Below are positions 1-9,918 of a DNA stretch of 64,000 bases, piece after piece. The stretch is from Candidatus Moraniibacteriota bacterium. GTDB lineage: Bacteria; Patescibacteriota; Minisyncoccia; Moranbacterales; UBA2206. Position 1 is the first letter of the stretch, and every line of letters begins with the position of its first letter. The notes below the pieces were generated by a model. It worked only from the letters and a program-made list of their open reading frames with translations, had not been told where the DNA came from and did no database searches. The DNA lies in assembly GCA_037137555.1 (NCBI GenBank), contig JBAXKA010000002.1, positions 3,133-67,132 of the forward strand. Direction: 5' to 3'. Both the position numbers and the translations under genes were made by a program.

Positions 1-1
1 G

Positions 2-553
2 GGAGAAAAAGACAAGCTTTTTTTTAAGCAGATTGTGAAAAAATATAAATTTAAAAAAATCTTAAGCATAATTTCTGGCGGAAAAGAAAGGCAAGATTCT
101 AGTTATGCTGGAATTGATTTTGTGGATAGTTTTGCTGATAAGAATAAACAAAATAAAGCTAACTTGATTTTACTTTTTCACAATGGAGCAAATCCTTTTG
201 TAACTCAGGCGGAGATTTCTGCTTGTATTGCTGAAGCCAAGAAACGCGGAGCTTGTGCCGTGGCGCACAAAACTAAAGATACAATTCGTGAAGTCAATGC
301 TCATGGAATTTCTATGCAAGTGCTGGACCGATCAAAACTTTGGAATATGCAAACTCCTCAAGCGATTAAATTTACCCTCGCCAAAAAAGCTTTTCAAAAA
401 GCTAACACGGAAAATTTCTTGGGCACAGACGATGTTAGTTTGGTGGAAAGATTGGGAGGGAAAGTCAAAATAATTGAAGCTTCAAAAAATAATTTTAAAC
501 TAACAACACCGCTTGATCTGGAATTGGCCAAAATAATTCTGAAAAAGCGTTAA
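2..553 (+). CDS. ispD: 2-C-methyl-D-erythritol 4-phosphate cytidylyltransferase (IspD), 5'-truncated by the window edge
   Basis: The frame is open from nt 2. 'IISGGKERQDSSYAGI' and 'KLTTPLDLELAKIIL' align to E. coli IspD 'VVDGGDERADSVLAGL' and the C-terminal 'VTRPEDLALAEF'. The N-terminal nucleotide-binding motif is missing because the gene starts upstream of the window. Confidence 0.8.
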   Translation, partial: GEKDKLFFKQIVKKYKFKKILSIISGGKERQDSSYAGIDFVDSFADKNKQNKANLILLFHNGANPFVTQAEISACIAEAKKRGACAVAHKTKDTIREVNAHGISMQVLDRSKLWNMQTPQAIKFTLAKKAFQKANTENFLGTDDVSLVERLGGKVKIIEASKNNFKLTTPLDLELAKIILKKR

Positions 554-561
554 AAAAATTT

Positions 562-1050
562 ATGTTTCGTATTGGCTTTGGACAAGACTCTCATCGATTT
601 TCAAAAGATGAGCATAAAAAATTAATTTTAGGTGGCTTGGAAATTGCAGGCGAAAAAGGCTTGGAAGCCAATTCAGATGGCGATTTAATTTTGCACGCAC
701 TTTGTTCGGCTATCGAACAAGCCTTGGGTCGAAGTTTTTTTTCAGTTTATGCTGATGAACTTTGCAAAAATGGCATCACCAACAGTGGCGAATATTTAAA
801 AATCGCACTAGTTCACATCAAAGAAGCTGGCTATGTTATTAATAATTTAGGCGTTTCAATTGAAGCTAAAAAACCCAAGATTCTTCCACTCGAAGAGCAA
901 ATTAAAAACAACTTGGCTAAAATATTAAAACTAGAGAAAAATAAAATTGGCATCAATGCAACGACTGGTGAGGAATTGACTAGTTTTGGAAAAGGCGAGG
1001 GCATGCAAGTATTTGTAATTATTAGCTTAATCAAAGATGAAAAAAATTAA
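562..1050 (+). CDS. ispF: 2-C-methyl-D-erythritol 2,4-cyclodiphosphate synthase (IspF)
   Basis: N-terminal 'RIGFGQDSHRF' and 'NSDGDLILHAL' match the IspF metal-binding motifs. The gene lies between ispD and ispE. Confidence 0.8.
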   Translation: MFRIGFGQDSHRFSKDEHKKLILGGLEIAGEKGLEANSDGDLILHALCSAIEQALGRSFFSVYADELCKNGITNSGEYLKIALVHIKEAGYVINNLGVSIEAKKPKILPLEEQIKNNLAKILKLEKNKIGINATTGEELTSFGKGEGMQVFVIISLIKDEKN

Positions 1051-1882
1051 AGCCCAATCTCCAGCCAAAATAAATTTAACGCTGGAAGTAATAAAAAAAC
1101 TGCCTAATGGTTTTCATGAACTTCGCACTATTATGCTTAAAACAAAGAATCTTTTTGATGAAATTGAAATTATTTTTGCTGAAAATAAAACCGGCATTGA
1201 AATTATTTGTGATAATCCGGCGGTTCCAAAAGACGAAAAAAATATTTGCTGGAAAATCGCCGAACAATTTTTTAAAGCAACAAAACAACGAGTGGGATTG
1301 ATAATAAAAATTAAAAAGAATATTCCACTTGCTTCTGGCATGGGTGGAGGCAGTTCTAATGGTGCCGTGGTAATTTTGGCACTTAATGCTTATTATAAAA
1401 ATATTTTATCCGAAAAAAAACTTGTGGAACTTGCCAGTGCAGTGGGAAAAGATATTCCTTTTTTTATTTCCAAAGCTACTGTGGCTTATATTTCTGGAAT
1501 GGGCGAAAAAATTAAACCACTGAAAAAATTTCCCCAATTAAATATTTTATTAATCAATCCGGCTGGTGAAATTTCCACGCCATGGGCATATTCCCAGTTA
1601 GATCAAGATTTAATTTTCATGAATGATTTTAATAGAAAAAATATCTCTCAAGCATTTATAAAAAATAACTGTTTATATAATGATTTTTCAATTATCGCTA
1701 AGAAAAAATATCCTGAAATTGAAACTCTGGAAAAAGCGTTGTTAACTTTTGGTGCAATAGGCACTTCGATTAGTGGAAAAGGACCGACGGTTTTTGGAAT
1801 TTTTTCCACAAAAAAAACCGCACTTCGAGCAAAAAATATTCTTAAAAAATATTACCCACAATTTTTTATTGAGCTAGCTTGA
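1037..1882 (+). CDS. ispE: 4-diphosphocytidyl-2-C-methyl-D-erythritol kinase (IspE, GHMP kinase)
   Basis: 'AKINLTLEV' N-terminus and the GHMP 'PLASGMGGGSSNGA' ATP-binding motif. Confidence 0.85.
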   Translation: MKKIKAQSPAKINLTLEVIKKLPNGFHELRTIMLKTKNLFDEIEIIFAENKTGIEIICDNPAVPKDEKNICWKIAEQFFKATKQRVGLIIKIKKNIPLASGMGGGSSNGAVVILALNAYYKNILSEKKLVELASAVGKDIPFFISKATVAYISGMGEKIKPLKKFPQLNILLINPAGEISTPWAYSQLDQDLIFMNDFNRKNISQAFIKNNCLYNDFSIIAKKKYPEIETLEKALLTFGAIGTSISGKGPTVFGIFSTKKTALRAKNILKKYYPQFFIELA

Positions 1883-1960
1883 TGATGCGAATATTTGACA
1901 CTACTATTAAACCTTGCTACCTTGGAATACTACCTAGAAAGCTAATTTTCATTTTTCCCT

Positions 1961-3088
1961 ATGAGTCTGCCACCCCAAGAACAATTTCACAAATTTATTA
2001 CGAATGCCAAAAATGTAATTATATTTATGCCTGATAATCCGGGTTTTGACGCTATCGGAAGTGCCTGGGCGTTAAACTTTTTTCTGGAAAATAATAATAT
2101 TCTTGCCACGATTGTTTCAATTAAGCCACTGGCTGAAAATAAATTCAATTTTCTTCCTCACCCAAAAAACATTACTACTGAAATCTCTGGTGCACGAGAA
2201 TTTGTTTTGTCTTTTGATACTAGTCGCAACAAAATTCTTGGCTTGCGTCAAGAAACAATTGGTACGGCTTTCAATGTTTATCTTACTCCAGAAAAAGGCT
2301 CGATTGATCCACGCGACTTTTCTTTTATTTTAGCCAAATTCAAATATGATTTAATTGTTGTTTTTGACAGTCCAGATTTAGAAAGCCTGGGAAATCTTTA
2401 TCTTAATAATTCTGACTTATTTTTTGAAGTGCCGGTAATTAATATTGATCATCATAGTAACAATGAAAATTTTGGTCAGATTAATTTGGTTGATATTACA
2501 GCTTCATCTTGTGCGGAAATTCTAAAATCAAGTTTAGAAAATATTTCTCCTTCCAGTTTTGATAAAAATATTGCCACTTGTCTTATGACGGGAATTATTG
2601 GTGCAACTGGAAATTTTCAAAAGAAAAACACCACACCAAAAGCTCTTTTAGCAGCAGCTGATCTTATGGATAAAGGCGCTGATCAACAAGGCATCGTTCG
2701 TTGGCTCTATAAAACACAGCCACTTGCTATATTAAAATTACTTGGGCGAGTTATGAGTAAGCTAAATTGGGAAGAAAAAACTAAATTAGCTTGGGCCAAT
2801 TTAACCTTAGAAGATTTTGTGCAAAGTCGAAATACACCAGAAAGCTTGCCAATAATTTTGGAAAAATTACAAGAAAATTATAGCGATGGTCAAATTTTTA
2901 TGCTCCTCTATAATGACACACCAGTTACCACATTGGCTTTTATCAGAATTAGTGATATTGAACTTTTACGAAAACTTGCAACACTTTTTAATGTCCCAAC
3001 TCATGCTGAATTTTTGAAAATTAAATTACCCGAGAGCGATTTATCCTTGGTAGCAAAAATCATTCAAGATAAAATTGAAAATATCTAA
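1961..3088 (+). CDS. DHH/DHHA1 family phosphoesterase (NrnA-like nanoRNase / pAp phosphatase)
   Basis: 'NIDHHSNN' DHH motif, N-terminal 'IIFMPDNPGFDAIGSAWAL', 375 aa. Confidence 0.7.
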   Translation: MSLPPQEQFHKFITNAKNVIIFMPDNPGFDAIGSAWALNFFLENNNILATIVSIKPLAENKFNFLPHPKNITTEISGAREFVLSFDTSRNKILGLRQETIGTAFNVYLTPEKGSIDPRDFSFILAKFKYDLIVVFDSPDLESLGNLYLNNSDLFFEVPVINIDHHSNNENFGQINLVDITASSCAEILKSSLENISPSSFDKNIATCLMTGIIGATGNFQKKNTTPKALLAAADLMDKGADQQGIVRWLYKTQPLAILKLLGRVMSKLNWEEKTKLAWANLTLEDFVQSRNTPESLPIILEKLQENYSDGQIFMLLYNDTPVTTLAFIRISDIELLRKLATLFNVPTHAEFLKIKLPESDLSLVAKIIQDKIENI

Positions 3089-3110
3089 ACACGAGAAGAA
3101 TTTTTAAAAA

Positions 3111-3148
3111 ACAAGCTTAAAAAAATTAGCTTGTTTTTTGTTTTTTGT
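3111..3148 (+). terminator. intrinsic terminator downstream of the DHH phosphoesterase gene
   Basis: Hairpin acaagct/agcttgt followed by the run ttttttgttttttgtttt. Confidence 0.6.
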
Positions 3149-3215
3149 TTTCATGCTAAAATAAAAATAAAGTTATTAAAAATAAAATTTGCGTAGTTAA
3201 TGAGTCTAAAAAAAT

Positions 3216-6200
3216 ATGATAAAAATTACAAAGAAGGCCACTGGAACAGAAGAAGAAAAAAAAGCTATTTCCAATAAATTAGTTGCGAATGTGCAACATC
3301 ACTCAGAAGAAGAAGAGACATCTAAATTTGCTGACACGCTTGAATTGCCTTATATTGACACCAATATCGTGCCTATTTCTGTTGATAGCTTGAAATTATT
3401 AACCGAACAAGATGCACGAAAATTTAGCATAGCCACTATTCAAAGAAAGGGCAAACTCGTGACAGTTGTTGCGACTGATCCAACAAAAGAAGCTACAAAA
3501 GAATTTCTCAAAAATTTTTCTGAAAAGTTAGGAGTAAAAATAAAACTCTTTGTTATTTCTCACTACAACTTTGAAAAAGTTTTAGAAAAATATAAAAAGA
3601 TTATTTTTTCTGAAGTTCTTGATCAATTAAATTTAACTATTTCTGACAAAGATTTAAGTGCGTTTGAAGTGGCTCTTAAAAATTTAGTCACGCTCAAAGA
3701 AAGAGTCAAAGAAATGCCTATAACCGAGGTAATGAATATTATGATGGCCGGAGCATACACACTCGGAGCATCTGATGTGCATATTGAGCCGGGAGAAAAC
3801 GAATTCCGCTTGCGTTATCGTATTGACGGTGTTTTGCAAGATGTGGCTTTTTTTCCATTAAATATCCATAAAAGAATTGCCACCAGAATTAAAATGATGT
3901 CTGGCATGAAACTTAATCTAGCCGATATGGCCCAAGACGGAACATTTGAAGTTAATTTGGCGGACAAAAAAATTGCCATTCGTGCATCTTCTATTCCTGG
4001 CAGTTTTGGCGAATCAATTGTAATGCGACTTCTTGATCCTGATTCAATTAAAGTTAATATTGAACAGTTGGGCTTGCAAGGCCTTGCTTATGAAATAATT
4101 CAAAGACAAATTGAAGCCCCTAATGGCATGATTCTCACAACAGGACCAACTGGCAGTGGAAAAACAACAACACTTTACGCCATCATCAATAAATTAAATA
4201 CGCCGGACAAAAAAATTATTACGATTGAAGATCCGATTGAGTATCAACTAAAAGGCGTTTCTCAAACTCAAATCGAAAGATCGCGTGGTTATACTTTTGC
4301 TACTGGTCTGCGGGCAATTGTGCGACAAGATCCAGATATTATTTTGGTTGGTGAAATTCGTGATGATGAAACTGCTGACATTGCTATTAATTCTGCCCTC
4401 ACTGGTCATCTCGTGCTTTCCACCTTTCACACAAATAGTGCGATCGCTTCCATTCCTCGTCTCGTTGAAATGGGTGTTAAACCATCTTTTATTGCACCAG
4501 CCGTTAATGCCATTATTGGACAACGCTTAGTGCGAAAACTCTGTGACTGCAAAGAAGAATATATACCAGCCAAAGAAACCACCGACTCATTAAAAAAAGT
4601 ATTATCCATTATTTCTCCCCGAGCTAAAGTAGATATTCCTAAAAATATTGAAAAACTTTATCGACCAAAAGGCTGTCTCAAATGTGGCAATACCGGCTAT
4701 AAAGGTCGTATGGGAATTTTTGAAGTATTAACGCTCAGTCCCGAAACAGAAAAATTAATTCTTGATTTAGCTGGAGAAACAGAAATCACAATGGCCGTTC
4801 TGGAAGAAGGTATGGTGACAATGCTTCAAGATGGAATCCTAAAAGCTGTTACGGGCATCACTTCAATCGACGAAGTAAAAAAAGTGACCGGTCAAGGAGA
4901 ATTTTTAGAAAATATCTATGAAAAATTAATGTCTCAATTGTTGGGAAGTAGCTTGCCCATTAAAAAAGAATTTTATACTAAAACAGAAGCTTGCGTAAAT
5001 GATTTTTCCAAAATGCAAACACTTTTAACGGGAACAAAAATCACCGATACCATAAAAATTATTTTTTCCGCCGCTCAAATTCTTGGTGTTGGAGATATTC
5101 ATATTGAACCGGAAAAGGAAAGTGTTAAGATTCGTTTTCGTATTGATGGAATTTTGCAAACAGTCGCTTCACTTCCACTCACGGAATATACAACTTTTCT
5201 AGGACAAATTAAATTGCTCAGTGGTGTAAAAACAGAGGCGAGACAAGGCGTCATTGATAGTCGTTTTAGTATTAGTTTTGATGAAGAGTTAGTTGAATTA
5301 AAAGAAAAATCAGTTGACATTCGTGTTTCAATTATTCTTGGTGGTTTTGGTGAAACAGTTGTAATGCGACTACTCAGTAAATCTTCTGTGGAATTAAACT
5401 TGGACAAGCTGGGCATCAGAAAACAAAATCTGGAAAAAATTAAACGAGAAGTTTCAAAACCCAATGGTGTGGTTTTAAATACCGGACCAACTGGTAGTGG
5501 AAAAACGACAACGCTCTATGCTATTTTAAATTTAATTAAAAATCCAGAAATAAAAATCATCACCGTGGAAGATCCAATTGAATATCAAATGGAAGGAATT
5601 TTGCAAACTCCTGTTAGTGAAAAAGATGGTTATACTTTTTCCACAGCTCTTCGGGCTCTGCTTCGTCAAAATCCAGATATTATGATGATTGGTGAAATCC
5701 GCGATAATGAAACGGCGCTAATTGCTGTTCAAGCAGCGCTAACTGGTCATCTTGTGCTTTCTACTTTGCATACCAATAATGCTTCTGGCGCAGTTGCCAG
5801 AATGCTCAATATGGGCGTGAAACCGGAAGATATTGTCTCTGGTGTTAATGCTTTTATCGCACAACGACTTGTGCGCACTCTTTGTGATTGCAAAACAAAA
5901 ATTGCTCCCACTGAAGAAGAAAAACAAAAAATCGAAACAGTCCTAAAAACTATTAGTCCAAAAACACAAGTTGAAATTCCGCAATTAACCGAAATATATA
6001 AACCCAATGGCTGTGATAAATGCAATCACATTGGCTATAAGGGTCGCACAACAATTAGTGAAATATTTTTGCTCTCGCGTGAAATTCAAGAAGCAATTAT
6101 GCGTGGAGCTATTACTTCAGAACTTAATCAAAAAGCCATGGAAGAAGGCATGATCACAATGCCACAAGATGGAATTTTGAAAGTGTTGGAAGGTGAAACA

Positions 6201-6236
6201 ACATTAGAAGAGGTGGAGCGAGTAACCGAAATTTAG
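3216..6236 (+). CDS. tandem-duplicated GspE/PilB-family secretion ATPase (N1 domain + two complete N2-ATPase-Zn modules)
   Basis: Two full copies of Walker A 'TGPTGSGKTTTLYAI', Asp box 'EDPIEYQ', Walker B '(L/M)(V/I)GEIRD', His box 'TGHLVLST(F/L)HTN', and a tetracysteine motif (CDCK...C(L/D)KC..GYKGR). An N-terminal T2SSE_N-like region appears only once. Confidence 0.85.
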   Translation: MIKITKKATGTEEEKKAISNKLVANVQHHSEEEETSKFADTLELPYIDTNIVPISVDSLKLLTEQDARKFSIATIQRKGKLVTVVATDPTKEATKEFLKNFSEKLGVKIKLFVISHYNFEKVLEKYKKIIFSEVLDQLNLTISDKDLSAFEVALKNLVTLKERVKEMPITEVMNIMMAGAYTLGASDVHIEPGENEFRLRYRIDGVLQDVAFFPLNIHKRIATRIKMMSGMKLNLADMAQDGTFEVNLADKKIAIRASSIPGSFGESIVMRLLDPDSIKVNIEQLGLQGLAYEIIQRQIEAPNGMILTTGPTGSGKTTTLYAIINKLNTPDKKIITIEDPIEYQLKGVSQTQIERSRGYTFATGLRAIVRQDPDIILVGEIRDDETADIAINSALTGHLVLSTFHTNSAIASIPRLVEMGVKPSFIAPAVNAIIGQRLVRKLCDCKEEYIPAKETTDSLKKVLSIISPRAKVDIPKNIEKLYRPKGCLKCGNTGYKGRMGIFEVLTLSPETEKLILDLAGETEITMAVLEEGMVTMLQDGILKAVTGITSIDEVKKVTGQGEFLENIYEKLMSQLLGSSLPIKKEFYTKTEACVNDFSKMQTLLTGTKITDTIKIIFSAAQILGVGDIHIEPEKESVKIRFRIDGILQTVASLPLTEYTTFLGQIKLLSGVKTEARQGVIDSRFSISFDEELVELKEKSVDIRVSIILGGFGETVVMRLLSKSSVELNLDKLGIRKQNLEKIKREVSKPNGVVLNTGPTGSGKTTTLYAILNLIKNPEIKIITVEDPIEYQMEGILQTPVSEKDGYTFSTALRALLRQNPDIMMIGEIRDNETALIAVQAALTGHLVLSTLHTNNASGAVARMLNMGVKPEDIVSGVNAFIAQRLVRTLCDCKTKIAPTEEEKQKIETVLKTISPKTQVEIPQLTEIYKPNGCDKCNHIGYKGRTTISEIFLLSREIQEAIMRGAITSELNQKAMEEGMITMPQDGILKVLEGETTLEEVERVTEI

Positions 6237-6501
6237 TAATAATCTGCAGGCAAAACTCTCGAACTAGGAGCCCAAGAAAAGGAACTGTATCGAGGAATAA
6301 CTCAGCCAATTTGCTAAGAGCAAACTAACCATTTTACCCATGTCTTGAAAAAAGTTCCCCATATTGATGACAAAAGATAGAAGTCACCAATTGCCTGCAA
6401 TTTACTGCTAGCCACTGTTTTTTAATAAAAATAATAAAACACTGACTTGTCAATCTAGCATGTCCTTGGAGTTTTGTCAAATCAGGTATATACTGTTTTT
6501 A

Positions 6502-7500
6502 ATGATTACAAACTCCCACGAACAAATTGAAGACTTGAATCTAGACAATACTTTGCGTCCGCAAAGCTTTTTGGAATATGTTGGACAAGAGAAAGTTAAA
6601 AAAAATCTGGATATTCTTATTCAAGCTGCCAAAAAAAGACAAGAACAAATTGAACATGTTCTATTATATGGTCCGGCCGGATTAGGCAAAACAACGCTGG
6701 CTAATATTATCGCCAAAGAATTGGGCGTAAGCATTAAAACGACTTCTGGTCCAGCGATTGAAAGAGTTGGTGATTTTGGATCCATTCTCACAAATTTGCA
6801 AGACGGCGATATTCTTTTTATTGATGAAATTCATCGCTTAAATAAATCCATCGAGGAAGTGCTTTATCCGGCCATGGAAGATTTTAAATTAGATATTGTT
6901 ATTGGCAAAGGTCCATCAGCACGCACCATTCAATTGGATTTGCCAAAATTTACCCTGATTGGAGCAACCACAAAACTGGGATCACTTTCCAATCCACTGC
7001 GAAATCGTTTTGGTGCCATTCATCGTTTGGAATTTTATGAAACTGGTGAAATAGAAAGAATTTTGCGTCGTTCCGGAAAAATTTTAGCCGTGCCCGTTGA
7101 AGACACAGGACTTTCTGAAATTGCTAAATGTGCCAGATGCACACCTCGCGTTGCTAATCGTCTTTTGAAACGAGTGCGGGATTTTTCTCAAATAAAAAAT
7201 TACACCACAATTGATAGCGTCCGTGCCAGAGAAGCTTTGGAAATGATTGATGTTGATGAGTTGGGACTTGAACCGGCCGATAAACATATATTGCGCACGA
7301 TTATTGAAAAATTCGGTGGCGGTCCAGTGGGACTTTCCACTGTTGCCGCTGCTACTTCGGAAGAAATAAAAACCATCGAAGATGTTTATGAGCCTTATCT
7401 TTTGCAAATCGGTTTTCTCACTCGCACTCCACGCGGAAGAGTTGCCACTGAATCGGCTTATAAACATTTGGGCATTAAATTTCCAGACAAGGTGGTTTGA
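6502..7500 (+). CDS. ruvB: Holliday junction branch migration helicase RuvB
   Basis: Near full-length colinear match to E. coli RuvB ('[22 protein letters not shown]', 'LFIDEIHRL', 'RTPRGR'). The ORF is open from 6460, but the ATG at 6502 fits the RuvB N-terminus. Confidence 0.93.
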   Translation: MITNSHEQIEDLNLDNTLRPQSFLEYVGQEKVKKNLDILIQAAKKRQEQIEHVLLYGPAGLGKTTLANIIAKELGVSIKTTSGPAIERVGDFGSILTNLQDGDILFIDEIHRLNKSIEEVLYPAMEDFKLDIVIGKGPSARTIQLDLPKFTLIGATTKLGSLSNPLRNRFGAIHRLEFYETGEIERILRRSGKILAVPVEDTGLSEIAKCARCTPRVANRLLKRVRDFSQIKNYTTIDSVRAREALEMIDVDELGLEPADKHILRTIIEKFGGGPVGLSTVAAATSEEIKTIEDVYEPYLLQIGFLTRTPRGRVATESAYKHLGIKFPDKVV

Positions 7501-7781
7501 ATTTTATTTATTTTAATTTAATTTTTTTATATTATCTATTTATGCTTGTCATTGTCATTGGTCTTTATGCTTTATTTGTTTTTAGCTTCATTTTAGTTTC
7601 TTTTTTTGTCGCCTATCATCTTGTCAAATTTTCAATCAATCAAAAATTTAGTCGCACTTTTGTTTTGCTTTTCCTAGTTGTTTCATTTTTCCTATTACTT
7701 TCCAATTTAGTTTTATTTTTTGCAGTTGATTGGAATGCAACTATCGCCAATTTTATTCCTAATAATTTCACTACTTTTTAA
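7497..7781 (+). CDS. hypothetical small hydrophobic protein (possibly not coding)
   Basis: Phe/Leu/Ile-rich translation of a very AT-rich stretch. There is no recognisable motif. Confidence 0.25.
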   Translation: MNFIYFNLIFLYYLFMLVIVIGLYALFVFSFILVSFFVAYHLVKFSINQKFSRTFVLLFLVVSFFLLLSNLVLFFAVDWNATIANFIPNNFTTF

Positions 7782-7783
7782 TT

Positions 7784-8371
7784 ATGCAAACTTTCAATCA
7801 ATTTCATTTTAAAGGACAAAAGGACGGCGAAGAAATATTATTAGTCGTGCACAGGCATTGGTTTGATATTTTAAGCCAATTTTTTATTATCCTGATGATG
7901 CTTATTTTGCTTTTTAGTAGCCTAATTTTTGCCTCACCAATTTTAGATTTTTTCAATGGCAATGTCAGTATAAATTTTTTACTTTTTGCAGAAAATATTT
8001 TTTTTATTTTTATCTGGCTCTTTTTTTTCATCATTTGGATTGATTATTATTTTGATGTATGGATTGTGACAAATGAACGAATTGTTAATATTGAACAGTT
8101 TGGTCTTTTTTCTCGCGATGTCAGCGAATTAGAATTAGAAAATGTGCAAGATATAACTGTGGAAGTTTTGGGAATTATTCCAACTTTTCTTAACTATGGC
8201 CATCTCTATGTGCAAACGGCTGCTGAAAAAGAACGCTTTGTTTTTAAACATGTGCCAAATCCTTATACGATTAAAGATCTTGTGATGAACTTGCAAAAAA
8301 GCTATGAAAAAAAAGAAGCTAGCGATCTTGGTGCAGTCATTCGCAAAGAAATTCATGATGAATTGAATTAG
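7784..8371 (+). CDS. membrane protein with bacterial PH (bPH_2/DUF304-like) domain
   Basis: 'GEEILLVVHRHWFDIL' followed by two TM helices, then a 'WIVTNERIV' PH-like region. Confidence 0.55.
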   Translation: MQTFNQFHFKGQKDGEEILLVVHRHWFDILSQFFIILMMLILLFSSLIFASPILDFFNGNVSINFLLFAENIFFIFIWLFFFIIWIDYYFDVWIVTNERIVNIEQFGLFSRDVSELELENVQDITVEVLGIIPTFLNYGHLYVQTAAEKERFVFKHVPNPYTIKDLVMNLQKSYEKKEASDLGAVIRKEIHDELN

Positions 8372-8438
8372 TTAGTTTTAAAACTAATTATAATATGCTA
8401 TGCTTTAAAATAGTGGTTTAATTTTTACGAAACTAATA

Positions 8439-9038
8439 ATGAAAAATGAGATAAAAAACATTGAAAATGACTTAGAATTTGTAAGAAATATCTATTTTAA
8501 ACTTTTAGCTATTTTGCCAAGTTTTAACATTACTGATAGCAAGATATTGCCATATGGATTAAAGGCACACACAAGATCCGTGAGCTGGTTAGTTGAGCAA
8601 GTTATTACACAGCAAACAAAATATAATGCAAAAAAACTTGGCATTGATGATGTCAATTTTGATTTTCCTGACACTTCCTTGCATGATTGTGAAATAATTG
8701 TAGGTGGGAAAAGTTATTTTGTTAATATAAAAACCCACAATATAGTGGGGAAAGAAAATAAAAATGATATTTCTGCAGTAGAAAAACTTTATTTTCAATA
8801 TAGTGTCAATATGAATTACACGATAATTTACGCCTGCTTTGGTATTAAATTTGAAAATATAAATATAAGCTTCGTTAAGGATTATTTGGAAATTTTTTCA
8901 CCACAATTTTTGCCAATCTATATAAATCCAAGAAATGATAAAATTCAAGCAACTTACAGGCATGATCAAATCCATAGAACACGAGAAGAATTTTTAAGAA
9001 TGCTCCGAGAAAAATCAAAAAGTATTATTTTAAAATAA
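8439..9038 (+). CDS. hypothetical protein, candidate Type II restriction endonuclease
   Basis: 199-aa ORF co-oriented with the methyltransferase and ending 4 nt before it. It is even more AT-rich than the surrounding sequence. There is only a weak PD...(D/E)xK-like stretch ('FPDTSLHDCEIIVGGKSYFVNIK'). Confidence 0.4.
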   Translation: MKNEIKNIENDLEFVRNIYFKLLAILPSFNITDSKILPYGLKAHTRSVSWLVEQVITQQTKYNAKKLGIDDVNFDFPDTSLHDCEIIVGGKSYFVNIKTHNIVGKENKNDISAVEKLYFQYSVNMNYTIIYACFGIKFENINISFVKDYLEIFSPQFLPIYINPRNDKIQATYRHDQIHRTREEFLRMLREKSKSIILK

Positions 9039-9042
9039 AATT

Positions 9043-9876
9043 ATGAATAAAATTTTTAATGAAGATGTTTTGCTGGGAATAGATAAAATTAGTGATAATT
9101 CCATTGATTTGATATTGACCGATCCGCCATATTGTCTAGGAAAGGATTATGGCAATGACTCGGATCAGAAATCGTCAGAGGATTATTTAAATTGGACGTA
9201 TCAATGGATTGATGCGGTTTTGCCAAAGTTAAAAAAAACTGGCAGTTTTTACATTTTTTTAAGCTGGCAATATTCTCCAGAAATTTTTGTTTACCTAAAA
9301 AAGAAAATTAGAATGGCTAATGAAATCATCTGGGATAGGCGAGTTCCGAGCATGGGAGGCTCTACTAGAAAGTTTTCTTCCGTGCATGATAATATAGGAT
9401 TTTTTGTAAAAAGCAATGATTATTATTTTGACATTGATAGTATAAGAATTCCATATGATGCTGAAACTAAGAAAGCAAGAACGAGATCGATTTTTGTTGG
9501 CAAAAAATGGTTAGAGATTGGTTACAATCCAAAAGATTTATGGAGCACTTCTAGGATACATGCACAAGCACCAGAAAGAGAAAAACACCCAACACAAAAA
9601 CCACTAGAAATAATCGAACGCATGGTAAAAGCAAGTTGTCCTAAGAATGGCATCGTGCTAGATCCATTTATGGGGACAGGGACAACGGCTATTGCTTGCT
9701 TGGCAAATGACAGACAATATGTTGGATTTGAAATAAATAAGGATTATCATAAATTAATATTAAATAGAATTAAAAAGTATAATAGTTGTCCTACATTATT
9801 CAACCAACAAACTCAAGAGCTAATTAGTTTAGTTAAAAATGTTCAATGTCAACCACATCACTTATCACTAAACTAA
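9043..9876 (+). CDS. DNA methyltransferase, beta-class amino-MTase (N6-adenine or N4-cytosine)
   Basis: Motif IV 'LILTDPPYCLG' precedes motif I 'LDPFMGTGTTAIAC'. 'HPTQKPLEIIERMV' is a typical ParB-MTase/N6_N4_Mtase signature. Confidence 0.85.
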   Translation: MNKIFNEDVLLGIDKISDNSIDLILTDPPYCLGKDYGNDSDQKSSEDYLNWTYQWIDAVLPKLKKTGSFYIFLSWQYSPEIFVYLKKKIRMANEIIWDRRVPSMGGSTRKFSSVHDNIGFFVKSNDYYFDIDSIRIPYDAETKKARTRSIFVGKKWLEIGYNPKDLWSTSRIHAQAPEREKHPTQKPLEIIERMVKASCPKNGIVLDPFMGTGTTAIACLANDRQYVGFEINKDYHKLILNRIKKYNSCPTLFNQQTQELISLVKNVQCQPHHLSLN

Positions 9877-9918
9877 AAAAGATATTTCTTTTTTTAAGTT
9901 TCTCATAAAAAACAAAAA

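Noticed and set aside
831-1341. Several short antisense or overlapping ORFs inside ispF/ispE (831..1034-, 1076..1288-, 1107..1301+, 1114..1341-)
   Set aside because: They are fully embedded in well-supported genes. They are hydrophobic, AT-codon-driven translations with no motifs.
4248-6025. Antisense ORFs within the double-PilB gene (4248..4523-, 4427..4609-, 5099..5464-, 5739..6025-)
   Set aside because: They are embedded opposite a strongly supported ATPase gene and have no independent evidence.
7497-7781. 94-aa poly-Phe/Leu/Ile ORF overlapping the ruvB stop
   Set aside because: It is listed only at low confidence. Its composition is what an AT-rich non-coding spacer gives on translation, and no motif is present.
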